Positions 18,818-30,140 are shown, counted from the first letter of the stretch. The stretch: DNA of 64,000 bases from Clostridia bacterium (GCA_017621525.1 JAGASX010000011.1:112111-176110), one strand, 5' to 3'. The notes: generated by a model not told the origin, from the letters alone. Translations and numbers: made by a program.

Positions 18818-21800
18818 TTATATTTTGTTTAGCCAATTGAAGTGGGCCTCAAATGCAAGTGTGCTTAATGCACTTGTTGAACTTTCCCAAACTTCAATAT
18901 TTGGAATTTCGGCAAGAGCACCATCGCTGTTTGAGAATACACCCTCGCTTAATTCATAGAATACAATTCCGCTGTCAAGTTTTTTGAAACTGCGAACAAT
19001 GTCAGAGCCACGTTTACTGATTCCGCTGATATAGTAATCACCGTTTGAATCTGCATAAAGTTTTGACACGGCAAGTTCGGCAGAATTGAATGTGATTTTT
19101 CTTGAAACGTCGGCAAGATTTAATTTCTCACCTTCTCCGTTATAGAACGCGGTGCCATTCCACGTCCAAGTAGTGATTGCACTTGCACCTACGTGAACAA
19201 ATGAATATTGTTTCTCTCCTCCTGACAGGTTGATAACTTTATATTCCAAGTTGCCATCACCCAACTTTTTGTGTTGATATGTTACAACAAGGCCATCGTT
19301 TGACATTTTCATAATAGTGTTTGGATTATCTGTTGCTGTAAGGCTTATTTCATTATAGAAATACCCCTCTCTGTTTTCATCTTTTTGATAACTTATTCCA
19401 TTATTTACATCAAAGAATGTGTTGTCATGGCTTTTGTAAATAAAGTTTGCAATTTCATTTCCGTTTTTAAGTTGAACATTGTTGTTGAACAGGTTGTAGA
19501 AAATGTCTTTGCTTGCACCAGTGTTTGTAGAACCAAGGTTTGAACCAAGTTCTAATGAAGATAAACCATAATTGTTTACGGTAAGGCCAATTGATACATT
19601 TTTTACCTTTGTAGCAAATGATACAAAGCCAAACCCGCTTGCTTTTGCATATTCTGCTTTTGTTTCATTGCCTCCATTCTCTGCACCTGTGCTGTCTGTA
19701 CCTAAATAATACACATGATTGTTTTTGTAAACTTCATTTATTGAATTGTAATCGGCTGATGACACCATATTTGCAATTGTACTGCTGTATGATGCGTTGT
19801 CGGTTGAGCCGCCTTCTTCGCTGGTTAAACTGCCGAAGTCAGTTATTGCGCCAACCTTTCGAGAATCATAAACTTGAGCATTTATAATTGAAGTTGTATA
19901 GCAGTATGCAAGGTATGGAACTTTTTCTGCGATTGCAACAAGACCGCCCACCTTGGCTGTTGATTGAATACCTGACGTGCTTGTTGAAACAACAAGGTCG
20001 CTGTTGCAATAACTGTTTGTCATTGAAAGTGATGCATTTGTATTGGTGCCAGAAACATAAGCGATAATTCCGCCCAAGATTGGGTTTGCACGTTCTCCCA
20101 CAACAGAAAGTTTGGCAGATTTGATTGCAAGGTTATCTACAACAAGTGGAGAATTTACCCTACCTACGCCGCCGCCAAGTACCGAAGAGGCTGTTACTTC
20201 GGCTGTTACAATATTTCTTGCAATAGTTGAAACGTTTACTCCGCCAGAAACAATACCGACAAGTCCGCCAACATTTTCAATAACTTTTGAATTTGTGCTT
20301 GCGGTAACGCGGAAATCTTGCTCTACCAAAGAATCGGTTATTTTACCACCCACCATTCTGCCTGCAATTCCACCAACTGCAACAGGAGTTTTTGGAATTA
20401 CTGCAAATGTGGATTCTATATTATTGTTTTTTGACACATGAGCATATGATAAACTACCGCCCATTTCGCCTACCACAAAACCTGCGTAGTGGTATGCTTT
20501 GATGCTTGAATTTAATTCTACATCAACAAATGTGTAGTTTACATAAGCGTTGTCGCCAATTCCACCAAAGGCAAATCCTGCACGGCTTCCCATAACCGAT
20601 GAAACTTCGCTGACGTGAGAATTGTAAACGTTGCCCTTGCCAACAAAGCCGGCAATGCTTCCTGCATAAGAGAAGTTTTCCACCGATGACTTATCTTCAT
20701 CATAAGAAGCGTCTGATATTGGTGAATATGTTGCGGATACATTTGCATGGCTGTACATATCTTTCATTGTAAATGATGATACCGCCCTGCCTATGATACC
20801 GCCAACAAAGTTGAGGCCTGAAACAGTACCCGCTGTACCTTGCACTTCATTTACAGTGATGTTGTATATATCGCCATATTTAAGCACGCCAGCAAGTGTG
20901 CCTACGCTGTTTGTGCTGTTGAATGCAACCTCTTGTGGAGAAATTGTAAGGTTTTTAACTACACCGCGTCGGCTTGCCGAATAACCTATTTGAGCAAACA
21001 ATCCAGCACTTTCAATTTGGTCCATTGAAACAAGGCTTATTCTTGAAATTTCCATGCCGTTGCCCTCGAAGTTGCCCGCAAAAATCACTTTATAAGTGTT
21101 TGAGTGTCCTTCAATTTCATTATAATCAATGTCGCTGATTGCCCTATAATGAGAAATATTGATATTGGTTGATGATGTTTGTCCTAAAATTTGGCTTTCC
21201 AAATTTTCTGCGGTTGAAATTAAGTATGGATTATGCAAAGTTCCGCGGTTTGGAGCATTGGCATCATCTATATAATGATAGGTTATATCGCCTGTTGCAT
21301 CATCATATTCTGAATAAGAGAAGTTGCGCATTGACAATGTTTTTACGTTTGGAGAAACAAGTTCCAATCTATTTAAGCCAAATGTCATTGTTTCTGTTTG
21401 GTAAATAGTGTTTGTTTGAGTATTGCCATCGCTTCCTGCAATTACACTTTTTTCTGTTGTTGGAACAAAGTCTACAAAAGTTGATGAAAAATTGCCTTTT
21501 GAGTGGAACCAAACGGCATTTACGCCCATTGTTTCTTGGTATGAATAGTCTGCAAAATATTTTTCAATTTCATTGAAATTACCAGCCGACAATTTTTCAA
21601 TACCTTCATAATTCACATTGTAAAGTGAAGTATTGATGTTTGGTTTGCCCAACATAAAGCCAAGTTTTATATATTCCTCTTCGTTTTCCCCTGTTTGTTG
21701 AAGTCTGTTGTATAGGTAATAGCAGTTTGAGAAAGTGCCCGTTGTGCCTTCAAGTAGGTTTTCCTTTGCAAAACCAGCAGATGCTGTAACATTGTTACGA

Positions 21801-24800
21801 AGCACTGAAAGTGAGAATGAATTTTTGATTGTGCCACCGTTGCGATATGCAAAGCCCGCCATTTCACTTGTTGTTTTTGAAAGGTCAATATCGGTATAGC
21901 AATCTTGGATTACACCTCTATTTTCATATATAAAGCCTGCGCCTGCCAATGTTGACTCTATTGAACTGTTTGTGTCTTGGCTGTAAAGGCTTGTATTTGT
22001 TTGGTCGCCCGCAACATATGATGAAATGATTTGAGCATCGCGAGAATTGTTGAGAGCAAAACCTGCTATGTGTTGGTCAAATTGTGAGTTGTTGATAAGT
22101 TTTCCGCCCTTGAAATAACAGCCGGAAATTTTGTTGAAGTTTTGTCCAACAACACCACCTATATTGAAAGGTGCTTTTGCATTGATTGAAACGCCAGAGT
22201 TTGTGATATATCCGCTGTTTGAGCCTGCTATACCACCAATGTAACTTATGCCTGTAAGCGCATTGTCTGCCTTAACTGTGAGGTAGTATGCATTGTTTGA
22301 GATATTGTCGGTTGAAACAAAGCAGTTTGTGATTATACCTGCGTTTTCGGCAGTGATTGCACCAAAAGTGAAAGAATCTGCCGAAGTGATAAACTTAACC
22401 GTTCTTTTACCATAAAGTGCATAGGTTGTGTCGCTTGAATCTGTGTTTGTATCGCTTCTGTCCGCTGGTGCGGTGAAATTGATGTTAAGATTTTTAACTA
22501 CGCTGTTTTCTGCAATTGAACTGAACAGACCAATGTTGGTAAGTGAGCCCATATTGTATGTTCCAGCCATATTGATTGTATGTCCATTCCCATCAAATGA
22601 GGCAAAGTTGCCGTTGATTGGTTTGAAAATTGACAGACCGTCCTCGCCTAATTCATTTGGAAGTGTGATGTCGTTGAGAAGTATATAGTATCCGCCCTTA
22701 TGAATTTCGGTTGTAAGGTCATCATAATCATAAATTGGAATTGGGCTTTCTTCACTGCTTGAAGTATAAACATTAAGTACAAATGTAGTTGTAATTCTTT
22801 GTGCTGTATGGTTTTGTGGCTGAGCGTATTCATAGTATGAATAAACGCCGTTTTGTATATTGAAGTAACCTTCATACGTGAAGAAATAGTATTTTTCTTC
22901 TGGCATATGTGTCCTTGTAGGAAGAACATTTAAGCCATTGAAGTTGAAGTAGAAGTTTGAGCCCTTTAATGGCGCATCTTCTTGATAACCCACCTCATAA
23001 ACTTTACCATATTTTTGTGTATGTTGATTTTGATAGATTTTATCAACAGCGTTTGTGGTCATGTTGTAGTCTGGTTGAGACTCTGAAAGCAAGTTTGTGT
23101 ATGCCGTCCAACTGCCCTTCTTTGCCATATTATCAAAGAACTCGGCGATTTTGTTTAACACCTCGTTGTTTGTATGGTCGTATTCAATATATTTATATAG
23201 GTCAAGTGCAAAAGTTGTTTGACTGCCCACTTGAATATTGATTTCTCCGTCGCCCATACCCTCTACAATGTCAGCGTCAAAGATTTGCTCGCCATTATAG
23301 TTGAACACGTATTCATTGATGATTATTTTAGTTTTACTGCTTGCCTCGCGTAAAACTTCGCCCTCTGTTTGGCTGACAGAAATTGAAATTTCCATTTCGT
23401 TTTCTGGATAGTTGATTGTTGAAGAAGTTACATCTAAATAGTAAGTGCCGTTTTCTTCTACAATTGTGCCTAATGTTGGATTGCTTGAAATGATTTGTAC
23501 GTTTTCTTCATTAAATCCATAAGAATTTATGTTGAGTTTATAGCGAAGTCCGCGTGCAACCTCGTACGTCATATAATAGCCTGCTTGGTTTGCTGTGCCA
23601 TTTTTGCCGTCAAGTTCAACCGCAACATAGTTTTTAAGTTTGATTGTAAGTTCTTTTGTTGCCTCACCATTGCCAGCAATTTTACCGTCTTTTACAAGTT
23701 TTACATTGATTTTTGATACGCTTCCGTCAACAACATTGTTTGATGTCATGTTGTACTTGATATAAACAACGCCACGATAATCTACATATCCCTCTTTTGA
23801 GTAAAGATTTACAATGTCTGCAAGTGAAAGGCGAAGTCCTGTTTTTGTTACAGAACCGCTGATTGTGCCATCTTCAAACATTTGGTCGCTTCCGTCTGCG
23901 CTATCCTTTCTTGCCAAGATGCCAAGAAGTGCAGAAGAGTTGCCCTCTTTGTAGTTATCTTCATGGTTTTCAATGATGATATAGTCAAAGTCGCTATCCT
24001 CTGGTGTAACAGTGATTGCAAGAAGTCCGCTTTCGCCCGGAAATGCATATTTTGATGATGAAGCAAGGCCGTTGTTTACTGTTGCATCATTTAATGCTGT
24101 ATAATTATCTACAACAAGTGAGAAAACATTTGTTTTTTCATAATCAATATAGATAAGAATGTTTTTGCCAGCATTTGATGCTGTTTGAATTTGAAGTGCA
24201 TATCTGCCGTAAATGTTTTGTTGGTATCTTGACTGATAGATTGTTGAATTTGTGTTTATTTCAAAAATCAAAGTGTAAGTATGTTCAAATCTGCCAAGTC
24301 CAATTTCTTGTGTTTTGGTTTTGATGAATGAAAGTGTGAAAAGCCCGTCATCTTCTGTTAAACCCTCTAAATTGCCCTGAATTACATTGCCGTCTAAACC
24401 ATAAATTTGGTAAAGTGGTGAATCTTCGTTTTCATCAGTTGATGAAACGGCAATTGTATCTACCATTGTTTTGCTTGTATAAATTGGCACTTCGTTATAG
24501 TTTTTGTTGGTGATTGAAAGCGCGCCAAATTTATATTCAACATTGGTGTCTGTGATTATTTTGTTTACGTTTGAATAATAAAGGTCTGCACCGCCCTCTT
24601 TTTCAAGTTTTAATTGAAGTTGAGCAGTGAAAGTAAGGTTGTATATACCCTCCTCGGTTTCTGCAAGTTTTTTAATTGTGATAACCTGCCCAACAACCTC
24701 TATATCAAGATTTGCTTGACCATCTGTTTCATACACTTGTGCGGTTACTGCATCATTTCCGGCAAGTTTGAATGTTAAACCGCTTAAAATAACATTTCCC

Positions 24801-27800
24801 AACTTATCGCCTTTGGCTGAAATGGTTGAATTTCCGGCAAAAATTTCTCTGTTTAAGGTGTATGTTGGTTTAACATAAAGGGTTGCGCTGTTTTCTCCGC
24901 GAAGTTCAACTGTTGTTTTGTCAATTGCAGTAGCAGATGCTGACATATTTGGATATATAATTGAAGTACGAAGGTTGTTATCTTCTATGCTATATTCGCC
25001 GTCAAAATAGTTTACAACATAGATATAGAAGTTGAGTGCATCATTGGAGTTGAGAACGCTTGATGCAGAAACTTGGGCAAGTCCTGATTTTTTGATTGTG
25101 ATTTTGCCCATTTGGTCGATAGTTAATATATCGGCGTTTCTGGAAGTGAACAACATTTCACCATTTGTGATAAATGGATAGAATTCATCTGCGAGTGAAA
25201 GTTTGTTAAGGTATTTATCCACCTCTATTTGAACAGATGTAAGGTCATCAATATCGGCAGATGCAACTTGATAGTGGTATGTGTAGTAAATTTCAAGTGT
25301 GCCAACATTGCTTTGCATTTTGTTGTTGAATTTTGGTGAAAGTGAAAGATTTTCCTCGTCGCCTTTTGTAAAGAATTTTTGGTCTACAATAAGCGAACTT
25401 CCCTCATAGTTTGCTATAACAATATATTCACCATAATACGAATCTTTGGCAATATTTTCAATAATAAGGTTATCATCATCTGGAATAAGGATTTTATTTC
25501 TTGAAATTACATATGTGAATACGTTGATTGGTTTTGTTTCGCTTGCAATAGCACCTTCAAAACCAGAAAGGACATCTATTTTATTGTCAAATCTGCCAAA
25601 GCCGAGTTTGTTTACATCATCTGTGTAATCGGCAACTGCGCCATTGTTGTAAAGAACAACCATTGATGCCTCTTCGCAAGTTTTGCCATCATCAACTGCC
25701 TGAATAGCAAATGCGTTGTTAAGGCTTTCGTTGCCTTGCATACCCTCAATGTTTGCAATAAGAGCAATATGTGCAACTGTATTGCCGGCTTTTTGTCCGC
25801 GAATGAACGTTCTTGCAGTGATACCTGCAAAATTTGCGCTGGTCGCAAGTGTTTGAATTCTGCCAACCACACCGCCTACGTAGCCATATCCCCAAACATC
25901 ACCGCCAACAACAATACCCTTGCCAGCAGTAAAGTTGCCGACTGAAATTGTGCCATCGGCTGATGCAATTTCATGGATATAGTCATTATAGATTGTGTAA
26001 ACCACTTTTGGTGTGCCTGTGCTGTTGTCTATATCGTTAAAACCGCCATAAATAGTGCCACCAATTACGTTTGTGCCATCTTTTGTAAGCGTATTATCGC
26101 CCACAAGTCCGCCAACAAATGTTTTATTGATGTTTGAAAGAACTGCAAGATTGATTGGTTGTGATTTAATGCGAGTGTATGCCATATAGTTTGCATAGCC
26201 GGTAAGAGATAGTGAATTGCTGTCTACCTTTTTGATTACACCGCAGTTGTGTCCAACCACGCCACCCATTCTGGTGATTGCAGTGCTTGCGTTGCTTACA
26301 ACATAGTTTATATTTACATAATCTGTCATATAAACAGTTGTTTTTGGAGAAAGGTTTTGGTATGAATATCTGCCTTGAAGTGCAAGGTCTTCTGCCTTTT
26401 CACTTCTTGAAACAGATGTGTTGTCTTCAAACAATGTGAAGTCTTGCAAAATTAAGCCGTAGTTTGCGCCAACTAAGCCACCAAAGTTACCACCATTTAT
26501 ATAAAGGTTTGAGTATGAAATTGTAGCGCCAACATTGATAAGTTTACCATAGTTTGCACCAGCAACAAGACCTACATAAGTGAAGCCTTCAATAGGAGTT
26601 TCGGCAGTGCCTACATTAAATGAGCCTTCAAATTGAACATATTCTATATATGCATTGTGTGCGATTTGGCTGAAAAGTGCATAAAAACTTGTTGTTGCAT
26701 TGCCATACTGCCCTTCTGTATTAGATGTGATATTAAGTCCTGTGATTGTTGCATATTCAGTTGTGCCAACAATTGAGCCTTTAAGTTCCCCAAGAGGAAG
26801 TTTGTTGGCAATTGTTGATGCATCTATTGTTGTTTTTATTTGATAATGCGCTGAAAGGTTGTCTTTTATTGCATAAAGGTCTTTTTCATCTTTAATGGTG
26901 AAACGGTTTTTCTCTGTACCATTTGCAAAATTGATTGTGATGTGAATTGCAAGGTCTTGATATGCACTGTTTAAGTTGCCAGCGACATCAAGCCAATCTT
27001 TTGCAACGATGATAAGGTCCCCCTGCATTTTTTCTGTATACCCTACCGAATTTTCAAGGAAATCTTGCGACAAGGTAAGTTTAATTTGGGTTCTGCCATC
27101 GCTTACAAGATAAGATATTGAATTTTTATCTAAAATTGAATATGTTACATCTTCAACCGTGATTGTTCCACCTGTGAAAATGGCAACAATTTCACCATTT
27201 GTGGCTGTTGCATTTGTTGGAGAAGCAACAAGGTAGTGCTCTCTTTCAATAGTTGAAAATTCAAGTTCATCAACGGCGTTTTGAAGTGTAACCCTTTCAA
27301 CCTCTTCATAAATTGAAACTTTTATATTTACTGTATATGAGTACAATGTGTTGTATTGTTTGATATGGGCAATAAGTCTTAAAGATCCGCTGTTTTGCAT
27401 ATTTGCAAAGGCAGTAAGCTTCATTGTTTCGGTATCAAATGTGCCATAATTGCCAAGGGTGTAAACATTGTTACCCTCTTCGTCAAAACACATTTCATTT
27501 ACACGAACGCCGTTTTTGTAAATAACGGTATCGCTTTCCCAATATACAAATTTATCATCAAAACCTTGTGCGACATAAGCCTTTTCATTTGGATTTTCAA
27601 AAAGGTATGCCTCTGTATTTTGAATACCAACCTTAAAATGAGCCTCTCTTGCAAAGTCGTTTGAAGTGTTTGAATAAACATTTGTGTAACTTGCAAGTGA
27701 GTTTTCTGCATAAGTACCAAAGCCGTCTTTTTCTTTATATACGCTCATTTTCTTAACAAGGTCATAAGAAACAACATAAATGGTATAATCTATGTTTGTA

Positions 27801-30088
27801 TTCACACGTCTAAATGCGTTTACGCTGTAACCCTCAATTGTTAAGTTGATCTGACAACTGCCAATTTGGCGAAGGTATACATTAAATTCTTGATTATTAA
27901 AACTTGCGTTGCCAAGTTCTATAATTTGAGAGTCGCTTACAGGTGTAACCTTATCTATTGCCTGTGAATTTTCATCGCCATTGGAGATGATTTTAAGGTC
28001 AAAGTATGAGTTTTCTTTTTTATTATGTGCATAAATAAGTGTTGCATCTTCCCCTTCAACAGGTGAAAGCATTGAAATTATGTTATCTTCATTGTTTGAA
28101 ATTACAGAAACCTGTTCAAGTCCCTCCAAAACGGTAACATTAAGTGTGGTCATTTTGCCATTATCAAGAGAGATTGTATAAGAGCCTGTACCGCAAGCAA
28201 TTGGAACTATATCAAAATTAAGCACATAGTCATGGCCATACATTGTGTATGGTGCGTTTTTATCATATTCAAAGCGAACAACATTGTCATCGTTTTCATG
28301 TTTGAATGTTATGCTTGAAAATTCTGCATCAGCATAAAGGTCTGAAAAATTAACTTTTCCGCCTGCAATATCAAGGAACACCGTTTCTTTAAGGTCTTCT
28401 GATTTATAGTCAAGCACTGTTGCACCTTTTGAGATGCGATAGTTTATATATGATGTCATTGTATCTTCTTTGATTACGCTGAAATCAAGAAGAATTGGAA
28501 GTTGGCGTGGTTCTGTTGAAACAGTTGCGCCATCACGTCCGCGTATGTAAAGGGTTTCATTAAGGTTTGAAATGGTGATTGTGCCAGAAGTATAAACAAT
28601 GTTTTTGTATCTTATTTGAAGGTCAGAGCCTGTAAGGTCGATTGTGATTGCGTCAAATTCTGCCCCCTCTGGAACAACAGAGAAGTTGAATGGTTGCCAG
28701 CCAAGTGTTGATGATGGATAACTGTTGTAGAAAAGATATACATTATCCGCCTCATCTTCGGCAACATTGTTTACCAAAAGTTTTGTTGGAATGATGCGAA
28801 TTTCAACCGGCACAGAATAGGTGAAGTTGACATTTTCATCTTCACTATTTTCAAAGCCTTCATAGTAGAAAGTAAGTTGATAGTTTGTTGATTTTGCCTG
28901 TGCGATACCACAATTTACTTCTATATAATATGTTTTATCATCACCATTTTCAAGGCAGGCAAGAACACGGCTGTTTGCAACCAATGTATCCTCTGTTTTT
29001 GCCTCTACCTTTAATAGGTCGCTTGCTGATTTTGCAGTAACTTCCAAGTAAACTGTTGAATAAATTGCTTTTTTGCCAACAAGAAGTCCGCTATCAATTG
29101 TTGATTTATAATCTGGGATAAGAGTTATGTTCCCGCTTTTCAACTCTTCCATTTTATATGATGTAAGCGCATCGGCTGGAATGTATTCAACGCCCTCTAC
29201 CTTATAGCCAAATTCATGAGAAAAACTATCCTTGTTTATGTCAACAAGAACATAAAATTCTCTTTCACAATAAAGGACATCACCCTCTTCTGCCCCTTGA
29301 TATTTTGCAACAAAAGTGAATTTATCACCCGCGTTTACCGCTGTTGCTTGGGCTGGAAGAACATATGTTTCCCCCTCTTTTTCAACTTCTGCAAATGCAT
29401 ATTTTAAGTTGCCATTGCCAGCGACAGCAGTTGAAGAGCCCAAAGTGAACAAATTGCCCGTGGTATCCTTAAAAATAAGGTATTGTTTATCTTCAACTTC
29501 CGCCAATTTTACGCTTACAAAGTCCTTTGTTTGCAGGTCTGCATTGGTGAAGTCATCTTGGTTAAGTTGGTTTGAAGTGGTTGTTTTTCCATAGAAGTAA
29601 AAGTTGAGGTTTCGTTCTGTTGCATTTTCTTTAAATTGAAAATCAACTGCCGATGGGGCAAGTTCTTTCCCCTTTGAAACATACAAAGAGTTGTTGCCCT
29701 TTGCAAGAGTATCTGAATATTCTTTTACATTTACGGTAAGTTCAAGTTCTCTTGCGCCCTCTTCGGTAACAAATATTATTTTTGCTTGTCCGCCATTAAG
29801 GCCGGTAATTTTGTAAGTTGTTGTATAGTCTACTGTAACCAATTTTTCAATTCGGCAGGCAAAAGTGTTTAAGTTTTCATGCAAAATGCCACTTTCCATG
29901 CCACCAACTGGGTTGTCAATGGTTACTGACACCTCTTTGGTTTCATTTTTATATAGTTCTATATAAGTGGAGTGCGTTTGAAGTGTGGTCTTTGAATAGT
30001 CGTTTTTATTGCAGGCGACAAAAAGGAAACTTGCCAGCACAAGCATTATACTTATTATAAAAACGCTTAATTTTTTGGATTTTATCAT
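18818..30088 (-). CDS. giant (about 3,756 aa) surface lipoprotein with GLUG-type beta-helix repeat clusters and Ig-like regions
   Basis: The ORF-track TTG start was trimmed to ATG 30088 (MIKSKKLSVF...), 6 nt after an AAGGAAGG RBS. The signal peptide ends in LFVAC, which is lipobox-like. There are three clusters of repeats such as IGGIAGSNSGYITNS, VGGLVGIVSGG and FGGLVGANYG. Long beta-rich stretches separate them. There is no LPXTG and no C-terminal TM helix. Confidence 0.85.
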   Translation of the reverse strand: MIKSKKLSVFIISIMLVLASFLFVACNKNDYSKTTLQTHSTYIELYKNETKEVSVTIDNPVGGMESGILHENLNTFACRIEKLVTVDYTTTYKITGLNGGQAKIIFVTEEGARELELTVNVKEYSDTLAKGNNSLYVSKGKELAPSAVDFQFKENATERNLNFYFYGKTTTSNQLNQDDFTNADLQTKDFVSVKLAEVEDKQYLIFKDTTGNLFTLGSSTAVAGNGNLKYAFAEVEKEGETYVLPAQATAVNAGDKFTFVAKYQGAEEGDVLYCEREFYVLVDINKDSFSHEFGYKVEGVEYIPADALTSYKMEELKSGNITLIPDYKSTIDSGLLVGKKAIYSTVYLEVTAKSASDLLKVEAKTEDTLVANSRVLACLENGDDKTYYIEVNCGIAQAKSTNYQLTFYYEGFENSEDENVNFTYSVPVEIRIIPTKLLVNNVAEDEADNVYLFYNSYPSSTLGWQPFNFSVVPEGAEFDAITIDLTGSDLQIRYKNIVYTSGTITISNLNETLYIRGRDGATVSTEPRQLPILLDFSVIKEDTMTSYINYRISKGATVLDYKSEDLKETVFLDIAGGKVNFSDLYADAEFSSITFKHENDDNVVRFEYDKNAPYTMYGHDYVLNFDIVPIACGTGSYTISLDNGKMTTLNVTVLEGLEQVSVISNNEDNIISMLSPVEGEDATLIYAHNKKENSYFDLKIISNGDENSQAIDKVTPVSDSQIIELGNASFNNQEFNVYLRQIGSCQINLTIEGYSVNAFRRVNTNIDYTIYVVSYDLVKKMSVYKEKDGFGTYAENSLASYTNVYSNTSNDFAREAHFKVGIQNTEAYLFENPNEKAYVAQGFDDKFVYWESDTVIYKNGVRVNEMCFDEEGNNVYTLGNYGTFDTETMKLTAFANMQNSGSLRLIAHIKQYNTLYSYTVNIKVSIYEEVERVTLQNAVDELEFSTIEREHYLVASPTNATATNGEIVAIFTGGTITVEDVTYSILDKNSISYLVSDGRTQIKLTLSQDFLENSVGYTEKMQGDLIIVAKDWLDVAGNLNSAYQDLAIHITINFANGTEKNRFTIKDEKDLYAIKDNLSAHYQIKTTIDASTIANKLPLGELKGSIVGTTEYATITGLNITSNTEGQYGNATTSFYALFSQIAHNAYIEYVQFEGSFNVGTAETPIEGFTYVGLVAGANYGKLINVGATISYSNLYINGGNFGGLVGANYGLILQDFTLFEDNTSVSRSEKAEDLALQGRYSYQNLSPKTTVYMTDYVNINYVVSNASTAITRMGGVVGHNCGVIKKVDSNSLSLTGYANYMAYTRIKSQPINLAVLSNINKTFVGGLVGDNTLTKDGTNVIGGTIYGGFNDIDNSTGTPKVVYTIYNDYIHEIASADGTISVGNFTAGKGIVVGGDVWGYGYVGGVVGRIQTLATSANFAGITARTFIRGQKAGNTVAHIALIANIEGMQGNESLNNAFAIQAVDDGKTCEEASMVVLYNNGAVADYTDDVNKLGFGRFDNKIDVLSGFEGAIASETKPINVFTYVISRNKILIPDDDNLIIENIAKDSYYGEYIVIANYEGSSLIVDQKFFTKGDEENLSLSPKFNNKMQSNVGTLEIYYTYHYQVASADIDDLTSVQIEVDKYLNKLSLADEFYPFITNGEMLFTSRNADILTIDQMGKITIKKSGLAQVSASSVLNSNDALNFYIYVVNYFDGEYSIEDNNLRTSIIYPNMSASATAIDKTTVELRGENSATLYVKPTYTLNREIFAGNSTISAKGDKLGNVILSGLTFKLAGNDAVTAQVYETDGQANLDIEVVGQVITIKKLAETEEGIYNLTFTAQLQLKLEKEGGADLYYSNVNKIITDTNVEYKFGALSITNKNYNEVPIYTSKTMVDTIAVSSTDENEDSPLYQIYGLDGNVIQGNLEGLTEDDGLFTLSFIKTKTQEIGLGRFEHTYTLIFEINTNSTIYQSRYQQNIYGRYALQIQTASNAGKNILIYIDYEKTNVFSLVVDNYTALNDATVNNGLASSSKYAFPGESGLLAITVTPEDSDFDYIIIENHEDNYKEGNSSALLGILARKDSADGSDQMFEDGTISGSVTKTGLRLSLADIVNLYSKEGYVDYRGVVYIKYNMTSNNVVDGSVSKINVKLVKDGKIAGNGEATKELTIKLKNYVAVELDGKNGTANQAGYYMTYEVARGLRYKLNINSYGFNEENVQIISSNPTLGTIVEENGTYYLDVTSSTINYPENEMEISISVSQTEGEVLREASSKTKIIINEYVFNYNGEQIFDADIVEGMGDGEINIQVGSQTTFALDLYKYIEYDHTNNEVLNKIAEFFDNMAKKGSWTAYTNLLSESQPDYNMTTNAVDKIYQNQHTQKYGKVYEVGYQEDAPLKGSNFYFNFNGLNVLPTRTHMPEEKYYFFTYEGYFNIQNGVYSYYEYAQPQNHTAQRITTTFVLNVYTSSSEESPIPIYDYDDLTTEIHKGGYYILLNDITLPNELGEDGLSIFKPINGNFASFDGNGHTINMAGTYNMGSLTNIGLFSSIAENSVVKNLNINFTAPADRSDTNTDSSDTTYALYGKRTVKFITSADSFTFGAITAENAGIITNCFVSTDNISNNAYYLTVKADNALTGISYIGGIAGSNSGYITNSGVSINAKAPFNIGGVVGQNFNKISGCYFKGGKLINNSQFDQHIAGFALNNSRDAQIISSYVAGDQTNTSLYSQDTNSSIESTLAGAGFIYENRGVIQDCYTDIDLSKTTSEMAGFAYRNGGTIKNSFSLSVLRNNVTASAGFAKENLLEGTTGTFSNCYYLYNRLQQTGENEEEYIKLGFMLGKPNINTSLYNVNYEGIEKLSAGNFNEIEKYFADYSYQETMGVNAVWFHSKGNFSSTFVDFVPTTEKSVIAGSDGNTQTNTIYQTETMTFGLNRLELVSPNVKTLSMRNFSYSEYDDATGDITYHYIDDANAPNRGTLHNPYLISTAENLESQILGQTSSTNINISHYRAISDIDYNEIEGHSNTYKVIFAGNFEGNGMEISRISLVSMDQIESAGLFAQIGYSASRRGVVKNLTISPQEVAFNSTNSVGTLAGVLKYGDIYNITVNEVQGTAGTVSGLNFVGGIIGRAVSSFTMKDMYSHANVSATYSPISDASYDEDKSSVENFSYAGSIAGFVGKGNVYNSHVSEVSSVMGSRAGFAFGGIGDNAYVNYTFVDVELNSSIKAYHYAGFVVGEMGGSLSYAHVSKNNNIESTFAVIPKTPVAVGGIAGRMVGGKITDSLVEQDFRVTASTNSKVIENVGGLVGIVSGGVNVSTIARNIVTAEVTASSVLGGGVGRVNSPLVVDNLAIKSAKLSVVGERANPILGGIIAYVSGTNTNASLSMTNSYCNSDLVVSTSTSGIQSTAKVGGLVAIAEKVPYLAYCYTTSIINAQVYDSRKVGAITDFGSLTSEEGGSTDNASYSSTIANMVSSADYNSINEVYKNNHVYYLGTDSTGAENGGNETKAEYAKASGFGFVSFATKVKNVSIGLTVNNYGLSSLELGSNLGSTNTGASKDIFYNLFNNNVQLKNGNEIANFIYKSHDNTFFDVNNGISYQKDENREGYFYNEISLTATDNPNTIMKMSNDGLVVTYQHKKLGDGNLEYKVINLSGGEKQYSFVHVGASAITTWTWNGTAFYNGEGEKLNLADVSRKITFNSAELAVSKLYADSNGDYYISGISKRGSDIVRSFKKLDSGIVFYELSEGVFSNSDGALAEIPNIEVWESSTSALSTLAFEAHFNWLNKI

Positions 30089-30140
30089 AGATACCTTCCT
30101 TTTGTTTTTCAAAGACCTTAAAGTCTTGTAAACGCATCAA

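Noticed and set aside
30089-30112. ORF-track N-terminal extensions using TTG or upstream starts. These affect the giant gene (30112), the ATPase (32872), the 312-aa ORF (5650), patatin (10140), acpP (36586), the flippase (50540) and the P-type ATPase (55695).
   Set aside because: In each case an internal ATG with a well-spaced GGAG-type RBS, or a promoter located downstream of the extended start, gives a more plausible start. Coordinates were trimmed accordingly.
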